This document shows positions 9,405 to 19,100 of a stretch of 64,000 nucleotides of DNA, one piece after another. The stretch is from Kiritimatiellia bacterium (GTDB taxonomy: Bacteria > Verrucomicrobiota > Kiritimatiellia > RFP12 > UBA1067), in assembly GCA_017395505.1 (NCBI GenBank), contig JAFPUH010000042.1, positions 1,442 through 65,441 on the forward strand. The letters are read 5' to 3'. Numbering within the stretch: the stretch's first letter is position 1; each line of letters starts with the position of its first letter. The notes beneath the pieces are model-generated. The model saw nothing but the letters and a program-made list of their open reading frames with translations, searched no databases and was not told where the DNA came from. A program made the position numbers and the translations under genes.

Positions 9405-9680
9405 TCAGCACCTCGTTATCATGACCCGGCGGATGCCGGAGAGAGGAACGCCGTCGAGACGCTTTTGTATCTGGCTCACGCGGTCGGCGTAATCGACGCG
9501 AAGCTTCTGGAGCGTGCCGAGGTCGAGGCGGGTGTAGCTCTTGGAGCCGCCAGACGCCGAGATCGTCGCCGAGGCGGTTCCGTTGACGCTGATCTCGCGG
9601 ATCACGCGGTCAAGCTCACCGATCCAGACGGTGTACCTCGCCTTGTTCTTTATCAGGTTGTCTCTTTGTAGTGCGGTCAT
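9405..9680 (-). CDS. gpW-like head-tail joining protein (91 aa)
   Basis: Track ORF 9405-10070 trimmed to the ATG at 9680 (MTALQRDNL). Small ORF between terminase and portal, as in lambda W, with a C-terminal helical segment LQKLRVDYADRVSQIQKRL. Confidence 0.55.
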   Translation of the reverse strand: MTALQRDNLIKNKARYTVWIGELDRVIREISVNGTASATISASGGSKSYTRLDLGTLQKLRVDYADRVSQIQKRLDGVPLSGIRRVMITRC

Positions 9681-9735
9681 CACGCGCACTATCTTAGCAC
9701 AAAAAAAAGCCAATAATTCCGGCGAGGGCGAAATA

Positions 9736-9785
9736 GTGCCCGAATCGGGCGCTAGACGGTAGAAGTTGTGCCCGAATCGGGCGCT
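9736..9785. repeat. two identical 18-bp hairpin-forming repeats (GTGCCCGAATCGGGCGCT), 32-bp period
   Basis: Copies at 9736-9753 and 9768-9785. Each can fold as a 7-bp stem with a 3-nt loop on the plus strand, and the second is followed by TTTT. An A8/T8 run lies at 9701-9708. Confidence 0.9.
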
Positions 9786-9943
9786 TTTCCGTCTTGCATC
9801 CGATACTCGACGGTTTCCTTCCGGCCGCATCGACGGCATTTGACGTACTGGCGGCGGCGCCCGTTTACGATGCGCGACGACACCTTGAGCCAGGGGGTCC
9901 ATTGTCCGCATGACGGACACACCTCGATATACCGGATTATCAT
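9752..9943 (-). CDS. small zinc-ribbon protein (63 aa)
   Basis: CPSC...CRRC motif pair. Its ATG forms an ATGA overlap with the large terminase stop. The 3' end of the ORF is encoded by the hairpin repeat. Confidence 0.5.
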   Translation of the reverse strand: MIIRYIEVCPSCGQWTPWLKVSSRIVNGRRRQYVKCRRCGRKETVEYRMQDGKAPDSGTTSTV

Positions 9944-12363
9944 TTGCGATACCTTCCTCGTTTGAATTTCGGGCGAATGTTTTTGGGGCGGGCGATGGGT
10001 CTTTTCGGTATGGGCGAAGCCTCGACGAGCGGGTTGACCGTCGAAACGACATCGCCGGCGAAGGGCTCAACGTCAGGGTCTAGTGTGCCTTCGGTTTCGT
10101 CGGCCTCGCCGTTGTAGTCGGCGATGATGTTCTTGTTGCGCATCGGGTCGAAAAGATCATCCTGGTGGAACTTGTGCGGGGCGATTTCGTCGCCGTTCGG
10201 CTGGGGTTGCGAAGCGGCCGGGGCGGTTATCACGCCGTCGATGATTTGGGATAGGTTGTCATACGCATGATACCAGGATGCGAGCGCGAAACATCCGGTG
10301 AGGCAGTCGCAGAAGTGGTTCTCGCCTAGGGTCTGCCAATCCCACGCGGTGAGGGTCTTGCCGCCTCGGATGACAGAATACTTGCGGATGAGCTTTTCGT
10401 TGCAGACTTCCGTCGCAAATTCGAAATGGCGGGCGGCGTCCGTGCCGAAAAGCGAAAGCGAACCGGCCTGCAGCGGCGTTTCAAGAAATCCCGACTGCAT
10501 TATCTCGCGCCAGTACGGAGCCATTTCCGCAAGGTACTGTCCGTATTGCGAACGCGTCGCGAATACGTGGTCGCCGCGTCTCAAGGTATCCTTTTCGCGA
10601 ACGCCGAACTTGTCCCACGGGAAGCCTCGCATCGCGACGAGCGGGAAGGGCAGCGGCACCGTCTTGCGGATCACAAAGAGGGTGCGATGGATGACTTGCG
10701 GCAGATAGCCGCGGTCGAAGCCGACGGCGAGAGGATGGACGCGCCGGTTCCTCGCGTCGCGGAAGTCGGTCTTTGATATCTTTTCGACGACGGCCTTGAT
10801 TGCGGCGGCGACGAGCCTGTTGCGAACGAGATCCGATGAATTTGGCGGCACAAGAGGACCGTGCTCAGGATATCGGCCATACTTGACGACGGCGGAGACG
10901 CGGTGAGGGCCGAACGCGACGGCGGCATAAGACAGGCCGCGATTCTTCGTGATGTTGACGTCGCAGAAGACGACGAGCTGATCGGTGCCGGCAGGCAGCA
11001 CATTCTCGCGGACGCCGTTCAAGCGCTCCGATACGATGTCCGCATTGACCTCAAGCTCGGATGCGGAATCGCTGACCTTCATCATGATCTCGGCGTCGAA
11101 CGCCTGGGCGCCGAGACGTGCGCGAAGATTCAGGATGTGATGAACGGCGTCAACCTCCATCGTCTCGTCGTACTGTTTCGGATCCAGTACGACGACATCG
11201 GCGAACTTGTCGCGATTGGCCTTGTACCATTCCGTCGAGCGGGTGCGGCGCGAATCGTGTGCGGCGGCATCCTCGATGTAATGCTCGATGAACTGGACAA
11301 CGAGGCGCGACCAATTCGGGCATTTGCGCTTGACGAACGGCTCGATCGTGACATCCCACTCCGGATGCTTGGAGCGCGAGCAGAGCTCCGTCGCGACATC
11401 GCCGAAGCATTGCGGGGTGATGGTCACGAACGCCGATATCGTGCGGTCGTGACCGGCGAGCATCAGCGCGTCGTGGTGGATATAGTCGATGACGGTCTTC
11501 ACCATCGCCGGCGAATGCGCGATCTTCTCGGTTTGAGGGTCGTCGATGATTAGGAAGTCCGGACGCTGACCGCCCTCGTTCGCTCCGCGCACGGCGCCGC
11601 CGACGCCGACAGAGCCGACGATTGCGCCGCATCCCGCGTCGAGAAGATTGCCGTTGTCGTCGGTCAGGGTCGGCAGCACAATCTGATCGGCGCCCCATTC
11701 CATGTCGGTCGGCCGGCCGTGGTACGTCTGCGATACGCCGCGCTGGGCGATGTCGCCGATCGCCTGAATGGGAATTGCGATCGCCGGGAAGTCTTGATAT
11801 ATGCCGCGAGATCTCGATATGAGGCGACGGACGCTCTTGAGATTCTTCTTTGCGAGCTTGCCGGTCGCGGATATGATGACGGGATAGCGGCGGTGTCCGT
11901 AGAGGATGGCCCAAGTGATGGCGCAATATACGATGATCGTGGTCTTGCCGGTGCCGCGTCCGTAGAGCTTGACGGCCTGGCCGCCGTGCAATATCGTCTC
12001 CTGCACGTCATGGATGAGGCCGTCGCGGATAAGGGCAGAAGGGCGGTGATTCAGCACACGCCGGCAGTAATGCCACATGAAGAGTTCCAGGTCGAATCGG
12101 CACGATTCCTTCAGTCTCGGATGGCGCGGCTTGATGTTGAAGTCGCCGATCTCATTTCGGCGGGCGACATAATCGGCGACGCGCTCGGCGGCTGATTTGG
12201 GACCGCGAGCCTTTTTGTCGGCGATGCGTATCTTCCGCTCGGCCTCGGCCTTGCGGAAGACCGTCAGCTCGTCGTCGGTCATCTTGCGGCCAAGCATGGC
12301 CTCGACGCCGAAGCGACCGACGCCGTGCGCGGCATAGTCGCAGATCTGGTCGATCTCAGTCAT
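9940..12363 (-). CDS. terminase large subunit (GpA-like, 807 aa)
   Basis: Track ORF 9940-12735 trimmed to the ATG at 12363, which overlaps the upstream stop at 12356. Has Walker A (GRGTGKT) and Walker B-like (PDFLIIDDP) motifs. Sits upstream of gpW/portal as in lambda. Confidence 0.85.
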   Translation of the reverse strand: MTEIDQICDYAAHGVGRFGVEAMLGRKMTDDELTVFRKAEAERKIRIADKKARGPKSAAERVADYVARRNEIGDFNIKPRHPRLKESCRFDLELFMWHYCRRVLNHRPSALIRDGLIHDVQETILHGGQAVKLYGRGTGKTTIIVYCAITWAILYGHRRYPVIISATGKLAKKNLKSVRRLISRSRGIYQDFPAIAIPIQAIGDIAQRGVSQTYHGRPTDMEWGADQIVLPTLTDDNGNLLDAGCGAIVGSVGVGGAVRGANEGGQRPDFLIIDDPQTEKIAHSPAMVKTVIDYIHHDALMLAGHDRTISAFVTITPQCFGDVATELCSRSKHPEWDVTIEPFVKRKCPNWSRLVVQFIEHYIEDAAAHDSRRTRSTEWYKANRDKFADVVVLDPKQYDETMEVDAVHHILNLRARLGAQAFDAEIMMKVSDSASELEVNADIVSERLNGVRENVLPAGTDQLVVFCDVNITKNRGLSYAAVAFGPHRVSAVVKYGRYPEHGPLVPPNSSDLVRNRLVAAAIKAVVEKISKTDFRDARNRRVHPLAVGFDRGYLPQVIHRTLFVIRKTVPLPFPLVAMRGFPWDKFGVREKDTLRRGDHVFATRSQYGQYLAEMAPYWREIMQSGFLETPLQAGSLSLFGTDAARHFEFATEVCNEKLIRKYSVIRGGKTLTAWDWQTLGENHFCDCLTGCFALASWYHAYDNLSQIIDGVITAPAASQPQPNGDEIAPHKFHQDDLFDPMRNKNIIADYNGEADETEGTLDPDVEPFAGDVVSTVNPLVEASPIPKRPIARPKNIRPKFKRGRYRK

Positions 12364-13051
12364 TGCCCTCGAAGACGGCCTCGACGCAGCGCCCGTTGCG
12401 ATAGCATCGGCAGTTGGGATTGGACGGCGAGCAGTATGCGCCGTGACGGTTCTCGCAGCCGACGCGCCATTCGTTCGCCTCGCGTATGCGGTCGCGCTCG
12501 CGTCCGTCGCGCTCGCGGGAGCGGGCAAGCGAAACGAGATCCGGATCGCGACCCTCGACGAATACGCGAAGCCCTGCGTTTCGGCTCCGGGGGAGCATGT
12601 TGACTGTCTCGGCCATGTTGAGGGCGATCCGGGCGAGATAGACGGCGCACTCCTTCGCGCCGGATGCGCAATTGCCGACGACCTTCTGCTTTGGGTTGGC
12701 GTATCCGATAAGGATGCGGACGCCGCCGGCGACATTCGTGACGTCGATGCGGCAGAATGCGACCTGATCGCGGTTCATGCGACGCTCAAGGCGGCGGTCC
12801 TGGGGCGAGTTGTTCGACGAGACATGGGCCTTGGATTCCGGGCGGCTTTCAAGCCACTTGGTGACGGCTGAGAGCTGGCGCAGAAATTCGATCGTCATGG
12901 AGTAGACGTTGAAGCCGTCATCCGATGCGCTCGTAAACGTCTGGCGAAAGCCGTTGGCCGCGCTGAAGTCGTTCGCGCGTTTGAACAGATCGACGAATGC
13001 CGCATATTCCGGCGAGACGTCCGCAAACGTTCCCTGCGTCTCGTATATCAT
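12356..13051 (-). CDS. hypothetical protein upstream of TerL (possible small terminase subunit; Cys-rich C-terminus)
   Basis: Trimmed to the ATG at 13051 with a strong AAAGGAG RBS. Any function is positional only, and no HTH was recognised. Confidence 0.6.
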   Translation of the reverse strand: MIYETQGTFADVSPEYAAFVDLFKRANDFSAANGFRQTFTSASDDGFNVYSMTIEFLRQLSAVTKWLESRPESKAHVSSNNSPQDRRLERRMNRDQVAFCRIDVTNVAGGVRILIGYANPKQKVVGNCASGAKECAVYLARIALNMAETVNMLPRSRNAGLRVFVEGRDPDLVSLARSRERDGRERDRIREANEWRVGCENRHGAYCSPSNPNCRCYRNGRCVEAVFEGND

Positions 13052-13567
13052 TCGGCTCCTTTCAAATTGGCGGACACCGAGCCCCGCGCTCTGGAAGGTA
13101 TTACCACGACCCGCTGACACGCTGGGCCCGGCGTCCATTGGCGGAGAAGCCGAGGCGCGGGCACTCTAGGGCCTACTACCGCCCACGCAAACACCGCACC
13201 CCGGCTTCGCCATTTGCGCCGGTCTCTCCCGGCTGTCACCACTATGGAAGTTCGCCTGTCGGTCTGGGCGCGTCGCGGGCTCCGCACGGTCGCCGGGCGG
13301 ATTGCGCCACGGCGATTCTTGTTTGCCCGATTCGTGTCTTCGACGATCCACGGACTAGTTGCGCTCTCCTGCCAGTGGTAGGAGTGTAGCGGGAGCGCTC
13401 TCACGGTTTTGCCATATCTCATAGTCGTTGACATGGGAGTTTCTGCCAGTATTTACAAGCCTCGCTCATGGCTCACGGCTTCACCCTACGCCTGCGCGCC
13501 GGCTTTGGGTTCCCCGTTTCGCGATCTATGGCTCGCGCCGCCAGTCTCGCCATCGGTTGTATTAAAG

Positions 13568-14083
13568 TCACTTCGCACCCCCTTCCTCGTAGGGCATCTG
13601 CGCCCATTTTAGTCGACAATCAACGCCCTGCTCGTATAGCGGGCAGCCGTATGGCTCGGCGTCAGTCGGAATCACATAGCACTCGTGGTGCGAGCAGTAA
13701 TTCTCGTGCATCCGTTCGGTCTGCTCTTCCGCCGTCCCCACATCGCAGTTACGGGGCGGCGCGGAGAGGGCGGCGCGAGCTAAATCATACGCCCCTGCCG
13801 TATCCTCAATGTTTGCCATCTCGTCGGTTTGCTCATATGCGCGGACGAACTTTATCAGCGCCTCGCGCATCTTCGCGCCGTTACCGTCCGATAACTCGCC
13901 CTTATACGCACGCATCGCGGCGGCAACCCTCGCGGCCTCTGCCGGATTGTCGGAGTCAAGGCGAAGCACAAAATACTTCTTGCCTTTCAGCGGCGTTCCG
14001 TCTGTATGGCGAATCTGGTATTTGTCATACATTTCCCAGCCATCAGGCAGCTGCGCCACATTGCTAGATTGTTTCTCGCTCAT
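13568..14083 (-). CDS. hypothetical phage protein (171 aa)
   Basis: ATG-initiated ORF with plausible composition. Last gene before the 516-bp ORF-free region. Confidence 0.6.
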   Translation of the reverse strand: MSEKQSSNVAQLPDGWEMYDKYQIRHTDGTPLKGKKYFVLRLDSDNPAEAARVAAAMRAYKGELSDGNGAKMREALIKFVRAYEQTDEMANIEDTAGAYDLARAALSAPPRNCDVGTAEEQTERMHENYCSHHECYVIPTDAEPYGCPLYEQGVDCRLKWAQMPYEEGGAK

Positions 14084-14168
14084 GCTTCACCGCCCTTCTC
14101 ACCACTCGCGATCATGTCGTACCATTTCCGCTTGAGCGGAAGATGCAAAAGCACGCAGTCTTCACGCT

Positions 14169-14531
14169 TTAATCTAACCATAGTCTGAACTCCTCGTTGT
14201 CTTGATATATATAGAGCTTGTTGTCGAGGGCGACGCGCAGCGCGGCGCGGGCGCCCTCTGACGTCTCCCATCCGCTAAGGAGATGGATTGCGTCGCACGA
14301 CTTGACCGCCGCAAGTTCGAACTCCATCAGGCGCGCCAGAATGGCCGGCGATTTTGCCACTGTGTCAGGAGTGCCGAAGGATTTGCCGATCTCGACCGGA
14401 CTCACAACCTCCCAATTTTCGCGAAGTTTGGGATGTTGACGAAATAGGTTTGCCGCGGAGATGAACGCGGGATAGTTGTATTTCTTACATCCGCGCATCG
14501 GCCCGGCGATATAAATGCGCTTCTTACTCAT
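14169..14531 (-). CDS. DUF4406-like (nucleoside 2-deoxyribosyltransferase-like) protein
   Basis: Motifs recalled for this family: IYIAGPMRG, YNYPAF, CDAIHLLSGWETSEGA. Confidence 0.6.
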   Translation of the reverse strand: MSKKRIYIAGPMRGCKKYNYPAFISAANLFRQHPKLRENWEVVSPVEIGKSFGTPDTVAKSPAILARLMEFELAAVKSCDAIHLLSGWETSEGARAALRVALDNKLYIYQDNEEFRLWLD

Positions 14532-15000
14532 GGCCTTGCCCTCCCGCCTCCTCGATGATATGCTTTATCTTGGCTATGGCAGAGTCGAAGTTTTCGCTGC
14601 TCATTCGGATGATGTCGTTTTCCGACGGCATATATTCCCAGACTGACTCAATGCCGTGCGCCCATGCGTTGGTTGCGAAATCATACGACGGAAAACCGCA
14701 ATGGACACAGAGGCAAGGGCATCCGTTCTCATCCTCTCGCGGATCTCCGACGTTGTGAGGGAGTAATAAATGAAACTCTTCGCCAAAGACCATCTCATGA
14801 GTTTCGTCGTCCGGCGCGTTGCGCTTCTTTATGAAGTTGCCGACGATATCACGAGCGGCGGCGAGCGCAAAGAGCAGCAGCCCAAATATCGTCAACGCGA
14901 CGGCAAGCTGAGATATCATGTCATTGCGGGCGTCGCGGCGACGGATGCGCTCGACTTCGGTCTCGGCCCATGTTGGATGTTCGATCGTGTTCGTAGACAT
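14524..15000 (-). CDS. membrane-anchored hypothetical protein (158 aa)
   Basis: One clear TM helix (LAVALTIFGLLLFALAAA) and a Cys cluster (CPCLCVHC). Confidence 0.6.
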   Translation of the reverse strand: MSTNTIEHPTWAETEVERIRRRDARNDMISQLAVALTIFGLLLFALAAARDIVGNFIKKRNAPDDETHEMVFGEEFHLLLPHNVGDPREDENGCPCLCVHCGFPSYDFATNAWAHGIESVWEYMPSENDIIRMSSENFDSAIAKIKHIIEEAGGQGHE

Positions 15001-15009
15001 GGCGGCTCC

Positions 15010-15345
15010 TTAGAATGGCATATCACCGACGTCGGCGGGATCTTCGCCAGGCACATCGGGAAGGGCAGATGGTTCGGCGGCGGATGTTGCGGCCGTGACC
15101 GTCACGGACGCCGGCGAGACTGGCGCAAGGAAGCGCGTCGCACCTTGACGATACTCGACCTTGACGGGCCAGTACTTCTTTTTCGCGTCGCCTTTCGTGA
15201 CCTGAGACGGCCACATCGCGATACGCAGCTCAACACCGCTGATCGTGATCTTGCCGGTTGCGATCGGCGACTTCTCGCTTTTGCGTTCGCTCTCTTCATA
15301 GAGGGCTCCGCGCATTTCCGGATCGTATGCTTTCTGTTCGCTCAT
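15010..15345 (-). CDS. small ssDNA-binding-like protein with SSB-type acidic C-terminal tip
   Basis: Trimmed to the ATG at 15345 with a GGAAGGA RBS. Ends ...EDPADVGDMPF, resembling the bacterial SSB tip DDDIPF. Located in the replication module. Confidence 0.45.
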   Translation of the reverse strand: MSEQKAYDPEMRGALYEESERKSEKSPIATGKITISGVELRIAMWPSQVTKGDAKKKYWPVKVEYRQGATRFLAPVSPASVTVTAATSAAEPSALPDVPGEDPADVGDMPF

Positions 15346-15350
15346 GAGTT

Positions 15351-15629
15351 TTATCCTTCCTGAGATTCTGATATGCATTTGTCAAATGCTTCGAGCGCGA
15401 CTTTGGCCTCGATGAAAGCGTCACGGAATATTGATCGACCATCGCGCCGCATCGTGTGGACCGTCTCGGCCTTTGCGACACGCGCGACGTATAGCTCCCA
15501 CAACCTATCACGTGGGGCCTCAACCTGAATCGGTGGCGGCACTCCTGGCATGATAGGGCCATCGGCCGGAATCACCTCTGCAACCGGCGCGACCTCTGGC
15601 GCCGACGATTCTTTTTTAGCTTTCGCCAT
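15351..15629 (-). CDS. hypothetical protein (92 aa)
   Basis: Start taken at MAKAKKESS. Lies in the replication module. Confidence 0.5.
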   Translation of the reverse strand: MAKAKKESSAPEVAPVAEVIPADGPIMPGVPPPIQVEAPRDRLWELYVARVAKAETVHTMRRDGRSIFRDAFIEAKVALEAFDKCISESQEG

Positions 15630-15643
15630 ATAGAACTCTCCTC

Positions 15644-16135
15644 TCATTTTTCGTTAGTCAGTGAATATCGCAGACCTTCGTCGGCACATGATGTTTTATC
15701 TTTCGTCGTCTCAGAACCTACCACGGGGGGAGGGGTAGGTTGCGTGTTTCGGCCATCGGCAGCCGCAGTCTCTTGCATTTCGACGATAACCCTGCACCGT
15801 TCGACGGCAATCTCTCGGCGTGTCTTTTTATTCAAGGCCGCCCCGTCATCTTTAGCGAAGCGATCCATCTCACAATATCGCGCATATATCTTGAGGTCAT
15901 CTTTATGTTGCCGCATCCGCGCGGCCAACTCAGGCGAGAACTTGCGCGATATCTTCCGTGCCGCCCTGTCATACTTCTCGAACCACGCGCGGCCCTTGCC
16001 GTCGTGATACAGATACGCAAAGACGCCCTCGCGCCGCCCTTCATCGACAACAGCCTCATGGATCGACCGGCCAATCTCAATCGACCGCCGCTCTTGGGCT
16101 GTGAATCCTCGGCACTCAAAAGATGAGGTCGTCAT
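15644..16135 (-). CDS. hypothetical protein (163 aa)
   Basis: ATG start overlaps the primase-helicase 3' end by 20 nt. Confidence 0.6.
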   Translation of the reverse strand: MTTSSFECRGFTAQERRSIEIGRSIHEAVVDEGRREGVFAYLYHDGKGRAWFEKYDRAARKISRKFSPELAARMRQHKDDLKIYARYCEMDRFAKDDGAALNKKTRREIAVERCRVIVEMQETAAADGRNTQPTPPPVVGSETTKDKTSCADEGLRYSLTNEK

Positions 16136-19100
16136 CTAAATCCTCCCCCTCTGTATTTTCTATACTTTCTTTTTCATGCGTAAAAGAAACACCTTGCGAC
16201 CGCGCGCGCGCGTATGGTGGGTTAGGTGCGTTTGTGTTGCCATTTTCGAAAAACTCCCCCGCGCCCTCTTTTATATGCGGACTTTCTGGAAATTGCCCGT
16301 CAAAACCCACCAACCCACCGCGCAACACATCCAAAACGACCTCGCCGCGAGGTGTGAGCCCCTTGAAATCATACATCGTTCGCCCTTCGAGCGTTCGCGA
16401 CGAGAAGCTGAAAAGGGTTGCAAAATCCTCCTTGAGCCTCTGAATCGTTTTGCCGACGCGCCGCGATCCGTAGATGGTGCGCGTCTTTTCATCGACTTCA
16501 TCGGTGCCGAAGCGCTTGATGATTCTGTCAGACATTTCGCCGGCGGTGAATGACAGACTGCCGGGCGGCGTCTGCGATACCAGGACGGCGACCACCTCCT
16601 TTGCGATCAGCTCATTCATGAGCGGCAGCACAGCCTTTTCGATTTCCGCCGTAGACAGCGCCCGGATCGCATCAGCCTCACAACCCATCGCGCGGCCGCA
16701 CCTGACAGAGAACTCCGCATATTCCGGATGTCTCATGTTGATTGACGCATCCACCGGCTTATCGTCGGCCAACGCCCTCGCCAATACCCTCAAGATGAAA
16801 GTCAGGTACTTGTTGCGATTCGCAAGATTGTCCGCAAGCAGCTCGCCCGGCCCCTTTGGAATCTTAGGACGCCCGATCGTTCGCGCCGTGATTATTCGGT
16901 CAGGCAGACCGCCGCCCTCGCTGGCGAATACCGCATTGTTCGACGTGAGCGCGATACACGCCCGCGCAAACTGCGTGACGAGCACACTTGTCTTGTAAAG
17001 TTCGCGGGTTTTGTGCGATCCATTGGTCGAGGCCGTCTGCAAATCATTGTCGGCCCATTTGATTTTATAGTCGAAATTGTCGAAGATCTCAAACCGCCCC
17101 TTGTCGATGATGATCCAGAAGTTGTCGGATCCCTTGTCGCCGTGTTCCATCTTTGTGACGGAATCATCGAGCTGGCCGTCCGTGCGGATGCCGAGAAACT
17201 GCTTGATGCCCTGGAGCAGAAACGTCTTGCCCGATCCGCGCGGCCCATTCACAAGCAGAATCGGCTTGTTGCGGTGACACGCAAACAGATTGAGCGTCCA
17301 CAGCCGACAATTCATGACGTCGCTCGGCTTCTCAAGCGACGCATTCTTAAAGAGCAGCGATTCGGCGAACGGATCGACGCCAGGGCCATCGACGATCTTG
17401 AAGGGCAAGAGCGTCGCCCCTCGAAGAAACACAACGCCATCGGTGCCGTTCGCGACATCCTCAATGCCGGCCGCCGTGACCTTGTACATCCGCGAGTCGC
17501 CGTTTGATATGTAGATCGCGCCATCGCGCCGATCCCATTCCTTGGACGGCCTCACGCGCGGCGTAATCGCCTCGGCCATCGTCATATCTTCAATGAGCGA
17601 CATCATGAAGTCGTAGACCTTGTTCTCGCGGCTCACGTTCGTTTCAGTCGCGAGGAATGACTTGAACTCGTCGCTTTGGATGTTGTAAAGCACTCCATTC
17701 TTGCCGTCGAAATAAAGCGAGGTCGCGTACATCGGATTGTCTGCGTCTGCAAAAAACTTGCCTCTCGCCCTGAGCCACGCGAGCGACAGCGAACAGGTCA
17801 ACTCCGTTCGCTGGGGATTCGAAAGCTTCAGGTGCTTGGAAAACGACTCCATGCAACCAATCGCCATGCCGACCATGCGAGAGACCGGACACTTTATTTC
17901 ATCATAGCTCGCGTGCAGCTCGAACGCGCCACGGTTTTCGTCTCGCTCGGAGCGCCGCCATCCTTCAAACTGCAACGCATCGACGCCGACATTGAACCTT
18001 GCAATCTCACCTGGCGATATTTGAAAATCCACCTGATACCATCCGCGCTCTTTGAAGGGGGCGCGGGGCGCCAGGCGGCCGTATCTGCCGGCGTCTTCCA
18101 TCTTCCCTCGCCCGTCCGTGCGCTTCTCTTTGCCATCCTCTGCCTTAGTCTCGCCATCAGGCGCTTCGCCCGGCATAAGGGAATCGGTGTTGCGAGCCTC
18201 TTTCTGGGCTCGCTGGAGGTCGAGCAAATCGGCATCCTCAAAATTCCACTTCGCCGGCCATTCGCCAAATGCCTCAATCGCCGCCTGAAATGCCGATTTG
18301 TCGACCTTCTTTTTCGCGGCATCCATAGCCTCGGCCCAATCGCTGAAATCCTTGACGTGCCGAACTTCGCCTGGCGCAACCTCGACATCCGGCATGACAA
18401 TCTTCCGGATCTTGCCGGCGAATCCATCAGCCCGGAGCTTGCGTTCGACGTCGCAAGCGTGACGCTGGCCGACGGCGAACGGCTTCTCCTCGCCGCTCTT
18501 TGGATCCACGCGCACATCGTCGTCTTTGTCGGCGATTATGAGCACGGACGGAACGCCCTCGAAATACTTGCCGAATCCTGCAGACCACTTTCCGGCGCCC
18601 TTTGCGTTGCACGTCGCGGCCAACTTCAGCCGCTTGACGATCGCGTTGACGTCTTTCTCGCCCTCGCAAATAATGACCGGCTTGCCGCCCTTGGCCGCCT
18701 TGCGAATCAGCGGCACCTGATACGGGATATATTCGACGCCGTGCTGTTCGACACCGAACCGCCACTCGCCAGGGCGATCCGGGTCCGGCGACATCTGCAC
18801 AAATGTCTTCTTGTCGTTCTTCATGACGCGCCGCACTACCTTGAAGACGGTCGCCCCGTCTTCGCGCTTGTAGTGGTATTCGCATACGAACTTGCCATAG
18901 TCGCGCGGCTTTTTCGGTGCGGCCGATAAAGGCCCCGCAAGCTTCGCAGCATTGCCCGATTTTTTCGCGCTGGCGGCTTTCGACACTTTGCCCCTGGTGT
19001 TTGCCTTGCCCTTGCCACGAACGCGCTCAGGGCGCTCTGGCATCAGGTCTTTCACCTTGAGCCCCAGGGCCGCGACTATATCGGCCGTAGAGCATTCGGC

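Noticed and set aside
13048-13434. 128-aa Arg-rich ORF in the 516-bp gap, ending in an ATGA overlap with the next gene
   Set aside because: It has no RBS and about 16 percent Arg, typical of an out-of-frame GC-rich translation. The ATGA overlap arises automatically for any open frame reaching that site. It is kept only as an alternative mentioned in the finding.
14080-14181. 33-aa ORF (MVRLKREDCVLLHLPLKRKWYDMIASGEKGGEA) resembling the first strand of an ASCH domain
   Set aside because: It is too short, and neither downstream frame continues the ASCH pattern. It may be a gene remnant, so it is not called as a feature.
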